Part shown: in pieces, positions 61,813 through 64,000 of the stretch
How positions within the stretch are numbered: the stretch's first letter is position 1
How the letters are laid out: each line of letters opens with the position of its first letter
Source of the DNA: Phoronis australis
Taxonomy: Eukaryota > Animalia > Phoronida
DNA length: 64,000 bases
Assembly: GCA_002633005.1 (NCBI GenBank)
Contig: NMRA01000034.1
Coordinates: 1,015,766-1,079,765 of the forward strand
Direction: 5' to 3'
Position numbers and translations under genes: made by a program
Notes under the pieces: model-generated
Seen by the model: only the letters and a program-made list of their open reading frames with translations
Databases searched by the model: none
What the model was told of the DNA's origin: nothing

Positions 61813-62599
61813 TGAGCTATGAACCTGATTTATTTAATCAAAATATTTCGCTCGAAGATTGGAAAAGCATAAACAGTGCTATCGGCTCGACCTACTTTAG
61901 TCGGGGAATCCCATCTTGTGACCTACTTTTCATTTGGCGCAATTTAGCAGACGGCAGACTAAAAATATCATTGAATCTTCACTCATTGTGTTCAAAATAT
62001 CCTGAAATCTGTGACATCGTACAGATAATTAAAACTTTAAGATTCCCAGCTTTCCATGAACATATCGCATCTGTGGCCTTGTTATTTGCCAAGTGAATGT
62101 GAACCGTTTGAGGTTCTTCGGATTTTCGCTGGCTCCGAAATACTTTTCCTCGAACACTTATTTTCGCCGATTAACTTTTTCATTCACAAGGTCGCTGGCA
62201 ATTTAATACAAAATACCAGAATTGTTATCATTTCGCTGTAATTTTCAGTATTAATGATCAGTTGCTGCAATTGTAAGGAAATTTTACTGCGGCGAAATTG
62301 TCATCTTCTAGAGGTACATGATCTAATCTCCATTTTAACGTTTGTACTCGAAACTCGACTCGAAAATTCACCAATTGCATTGTACGCTTGGGGTAAAGTT
62401 ACAAATGTGTACTCGAATACTGAGACAAGATTGGTCACGTTTCGGGTGTGACTGTGAGTGAGCTCGTACTGGGCATAGCATAAAAATGGATGCAGGCGGC
62501 CTGGTACACGTTGCACCAGACGTGCGAAGCCCTCTCAGGTGGGCCCATTGCACTGATCACTTGGAAGCATTTTTGTGCTTAATAAATATATAGTTAAAA

Positions 62600-62710
62600 C
62601 CGAGTTGAGGAGCTAGGGACCTAACTCGAGGTTATAGCGGTGAGGGACACGTACCCACGACCTTGAATATATGAAACGGAATCTTATCCCACTAGGCCAC
62701 AACGCTTCTC
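62600..62710 (-). mobile_element. Degenerate tRNA-derived SINE head
   Basis: Minus strand TGGCCTAGTGG (A box) and GGGTACGTGTCCC (decayed B box) at tRNA-like spacing. Confidence 0.5.
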
Positions 62711-63784
62711 AGGCATAGCATACAATATACGTCGCGTGGGTGATGAAATCGCTGAATTTATTCTGAAAGACCAAAAATTAGTGTACATTATTCAACGTTC
62801 ATGCCTGGTATTAGTCTGGTTCGTGTGCTTGTACGTGATTATTATGCTGAATGGTATTTCTCCGTGCCATTTTTATATCTACCTAAGAAAATAATTAATT
62901 AAAAACCTTTCTAATTTGGCAAACGAGAAAATTTAACGATTTAATTACGTATGTTTAAAAGTAGAGTGACGAGAAACTTAACGAATGACGTCATTGGTGC
63001 TAGGCGTCGAATATTTTGAAGGTGAAGTTCGTGATTCGACCGAAATATTTAATTGTAAGATAAACTCACGGACTGTATTTGCAAATAAACTAATTTGAAG
63101 CAACATCAGAGTTATGTTCCGAGTTCTTATTCGTAGTTTGGTCATTACAAATTTCAAACTAGAAGAGTTGAAACTTCCTGGTGAACCAATCGGTGAACTC
63201 TATTGTGCCCGTAGGTGTCCTGTGTAATTAGGAACGCTACCTCAAAGCATTGAAAACTAAAACTATGAACCAAAATCATGGTTTTCAAAAATGGCGATGC
63301 GCTGGGGAAACGGCACACCATGTTTCAACTCTAGTATTGTGTTTTGCATAAACGGCCAGACTATTCCTCATGGACTAATTAGCGGCTAGTCGGTTATTAA
63401 GAGGTCATGCCGCACTGAAGCAGACGAGTAAATAACATCTAATGTGTCTAATGTGATCATGGAGGTCCCTCAGGACGCAAGACTTGTTTTCTTTGATGCC
63501 AGTCGGCAACAACGTAAAGCTGCAGCCTTACTGTATTCGAGGGAGCGTATGTCAGGTGTATTCCCAGAGGTTACAGCTATTCTTATAGTATACGGGCGAT
63601 TTATAGTTGAAAAACGTTGCCGTTCTCTGACGATTCTCCTCCAGAAAAGGTATGTTAAGGGTAGAATAGTACAGAAAATCTCAAATTTTCTAAAAAATTA
63701 CGAAAGTCCTCTGCGGTCATTTTGGTCCTATACCGTATTATGAGAATTTTTTAAATCTGTCGATGCTCGTTGTCACCAAACATA

Positions 63785-64000
63785 CAGGGTGTCCCAAAAT
63801 GTACTCACACTTCAAAATGACAATGTCTGCATTGTTTATTGACTTAGGAACAAGACTGCTGGTTTAAATTCATAAACTGGTGACGAAAAAGAATTCAGTC
63901 TCCAAACTAAAGTAAATGCATTGTTATGTTAATTTGGGAATATGACGTTTCTATCTGGTACTGCTTCGTCAAAAAACGAACTTGTTGGGAATGTCATCGA
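63785..64000. mobile_element. Probable left end of a Tc1/mariner-type element; the other end was not seen
   Basis: TA|CAGGGTGTCCCAAAA terminus typical of Tc1/mariner MITEs. Confidence 0.4.

Noticed and set aside
60931-61815. Long ORFs of 269-294 aa in the ORF track
   Set aside because: Artefacts of translating through the N-gap; the same applies to ORFs crossing the gaps at about 10352-10518 and 30467-30516.

Overview
AT-rich animal genomic DNA from a draft assembly with N-gaps, most likely a marine invertebrate bilaterian (inferred). It is not prokaryotic. Two host genes point away from each other. (1) On the minus strand is a complete mitochondrial-clan cytochrome P450 resembling CYP27, which I reconstructed by hand from GT-AG splice sites: 10 coding exons, CDS 17951->2890, 1578 nt, 525 aa, every intron phase compatible. 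(2) On the plus strand is the first coding exon (31298-31664) of a TGF-beta-superfamily ligand of activin/inhibin-beta type; I found none of its later exons, so its first intron appears to be >32 kb. The rest is intronic or intergenic DNA full of transposon relics: a defective Penelope-like retroelement flanked by inverted repeats, a LINE 3' end, two copies of a non-autonomous Kolobok-type element (THAP remnant plus a convergent KolX-like remnant, TTAA ends), several MITEs (three with 5-bp target duplications), tRNA-derived SINE heads, a Helentron-like repeat, palindromes and a minisatellite. The most interesting observation is the direct CYP27-like / inhibin-beta-like adjacency, which mirrors the linkage of these families in the vertebrate paralogon and may be an ancestral microsynteny. 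All family assignments rest on motif recognition from memory; no database search was run.
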